A DNA stretch of 64,000 bases from the NCBI GenBank assembly GCA_965178125.1, contig OZ237752.1, positions 682,001 to 746,000 of the forward strand, read 5' to 3'. Positions 61,875-64,000 of the stretch are shown piece after piece (position 1 is the first letter of the stretch; the number at the start of each line of letters is the position of its first letter). This stretch comes from Bilabrum cf. latius (taxonomy: Eukaryota). The notes below the pieces were generated by a model, which ran no database searches, was not told where the DNA came from, and saw only the letters and a program-made list of their open reading frames with translations. A program made the translations under genes and the position numbers.

Positions 61875-64000
61875 TCACGGCATGTACCCAAGTAGCATGC
61901 CGGCACCGAGTCCGAGCCGCATGCTCCTCGAAGCATCCGCTTGCCCAAACCCCCACAGCACCGGCGGCACCCTCTCACGAGAGGCCTCGAGCACCTGCTC
62001 CCAGGGACCGAGCAGATCCCTCTCCGGGTCTGCATACGCCCAAACATCGCACAGGGCGTGCACAAACCCCGTCACAAACACCCCGCAATCGCACCCGTTG
62101 AGCTGCCGAGGCAGCGCCACCGAGCGCAACCTACTTCCGGTTTGCTCATAAGATCGCCTCGTTGCACGTCGCGACATTGCAGTGCCGTGCACCTCCCGCG
62201 GGGCTTCCTTCGATCCGACGGCGCCTTGCCTTGCGACGGACTCTCTCGCCACCGCAGACGCGAACTCCCGCTCGATCAGGGGGGCCCGCACCCGCCCCCG
62301 CCTCCGCAGCAGCAGCGCTGATTCGTTTCCCGGATTGTCGCGAGTGTTGCTGCTGCTCCTGCCTGCAGTGACCCGCCTGCCCTCCGACCCAACGGCTCCG
62401 CCTGCCAGCGACAGCAGAGACGAGGAAGAGGAGGAGGAGCCTGCAGGAACAGGGCCATTGCCGCCGTGTCCACTGGAACCAGCTGCAACCGCAGCAGCAG
62501 CAGGTGTACCGCTACCGTTGCTTTCAGACGTCTAGGATGGGTCGCTACGGTAGTGCAGCTTCAGGCGGCTGGCAGGTGTGTCCCGTGGCAGAGGCAGCGA
62601 CCCTGCCCAGCGATAGGACATCTTCTTCCACTGCGATGCCTCCATTGGCATGACCGTTCCCGTCGTGTCTTTCGCCACCTTCTTGTCGTGCCACTCGTCA
62701 CATGCCCACCGAATCAGCACGTCCCTGACCCCCCCGTCAGAGCCGCCCAACGAGTCCAGGAAGCAAACGGTGCGGGCCTGCATGTCTAGCACCGCGCACA
62801 CCCAATGCGTATCAGCCTGATTGATAGGGAACACGACCCTTCGCAGTGCAAAGACGTCCGTCGCCTTGGTCCAGCGCTGTACCCTAGAGTAGTCGTAGCC
62901 ATTCCTGCCACCCGTGAGCGCGGTCATGAAGAAGCTGCGGAACACGAAGGCGCCCCCTCGGCGCCGCGCATCCGCCATTGCGGCCTCTGAGGGCTGCGGC
63001 AGCGGCTGCTGATGTTGCTGCTGTTGCTGCTGCTACGCATCCCTGGGCTTCCACCTCGCAGCACCAGCCCCTGTCGTAGACTCGCTATACTCGGTTGCAG
63101 CCCCCTCCGGCACCTTGCTTGCTCCTTGTTCCCTGCCCGGATCCCCGCACATGGCGGCAGCAGCCGGGGTGCTCTGCGCGTCATCCGCTCCAGCGGTGCG
63201 CCGAGCCGCCGGCACGTCCGCAGATGAGCTTCCGCTGCTGTCCCTGGCAGTGTGCCTGGGTCTAAGCAGCGGCGGTGCGTACCACGTACCGTCCACCCGC
63301 CTGGCGAGCTCTTCCAGCTGCATTGCATTGCGGTCCGCAGCGACGAGGGCTCCAAAGATCACGGCTGGGTCGGTGAGCCACTTGCCGGGCAGCAGCCTGC
63401 CATAATCGACGAGGTGGGGGGTGCAGTGCCTGCTGGCACACGCCCTCGCTTTCTTGCCCGCGTCGCCTTGCCGCATCATGTCACCCACTCGGGCTAGCAC
63501 CGCCTGGTTCGCTGGCACCGCGGCTTTCCGTGCGGCAGACAGCACTCCGAGCTTGCGGAGTCGGCGCTTGATGGCTTCAACAACAACTTGTCTGCCGATC
63601 AGCGGGCCAATGTTTTCCGTGCGCGCGAGGGCAAATGCCTCTGCGGCTTGATCGCCAGCTCTCGAGGAAGCTTCGAGTGGGGTTGCAGTTCTGCTCCTCT
63701 TGCGGAGCATCGACAGCAGCCCCCCGCGATGAGTTGCTGTGGACTGTACCAAACTTGCACCCTGGCCTACTTTCGCTAGGGACGGCACTTGGCTGGGAGT
63801 CTGTTGCCGGAATCCGGTCGCTGCAGCCCCGACGGCGTGTTTCATCGCGCTCGTAGCCGCTGCAAGGCCCTATGGGGAGCCCGATCGAGCTACAAATCTT
63901 GTACTTAATCTCAGCAAGGAGTTCGACACATTTGCTTTCACTGAGCTGCCTGGTAGAGTTGGGGGTGTGTACTGTCTTCGTGATTCAAGTAGTTGCTCCG
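61875..64000 (-). CDS. Ulp1/SENP (peptidase C48) SUMO-type protease, 5' partial
   Basis: Motifs LLPGKWLTD, FRSFFMTAL...YSRVQRWTKATDVF, FPINQADTHWVCAVLD...FLDSL and PRQLNGCDCGVFV give His, Asp and Gln/Cys catalytic residues. Three track ORFs are joined by TAG and the frame is open to the window edge. Stop TGA TGA. Confidence 0.88.

Noticed and set aside
1-64000. Cluster of pseudogenes, or a C-to-T deamination/sequencing artefact
   Set aside because: Decay or deamination would also create TAA (from CAA), TGA (from CGA) and frameshifts. None occur in exons although CAA and CGA codons are common.
1-64000. A-to-I editing of UAG to Trp, or pyrrolysine insertion
   Set aside because: TAG lies in polyQ runs and polar or variable positions, not at conserved Trp or catalytic sites. 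No Pyl genes are present. U-to-C editing to CAG cannot be excluded without RNA data but is less parsimonious.
1-64000. Amber-recoded phage or prokaryotic DNA
   Set aside because: Spliceosomal introns and eukaryote-specific genes (Nup205, SENP, SPX, HECT) show nuclear origin.
1-64000. Suppressor tRNA, other tRNA or rRNA genes
   Set aside because: I recognised no cloverleaf or rRNA signature by eye in the intergenic regions. A covariance-model scan is needed to be sure.

Overview
GC-rich, gene-dense eukaryotic nuclear DNA, probably a heterotrophic protist. A stramenopile/bicosoecid-like origin is my guess from sequence style only. The main signal is a non-standard genetic code. The short ORFs of the standard-code track line up in single frames separated only by TAG. 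Read with TAG as a sense codon, the window resolves into 15 genes. Every gene has at least one in-frame TAG (about 120 in total, counted by eye; 40 in one 16.2-kb frame), none has an exonic in-frame TAA or TGA, and all end at TAA or TGA. TAG occurs inside CAG/CAA polyglutamine runs, so the code is most likely UAG=Gln with UAA/UGA as stops. Genes in order: giant HECT E3 ligase (5' partial), multipass membrane protein, two orphan proteins, secreted glycoside-hydrolase-like protein, 3-hydroxyisobutyryl-CoA hydrolase, Sulfotransfer_2 enzyme, third orphan, Nup205, BK/Slo-type K+ channel, stand-alone SPX protein head-to-head with a SHLQKYR-type (PHR/PSR1-like) MYB factor, NudC-family NADH pyrophosphatase, divergent UPRT-like protein, Ulp1/SENP protease (5' partial). 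Ten well-supported GT-AG introns mostly end in CGCAG. I recognised no tRNA, rRNA, CRISPR array or mobile element.
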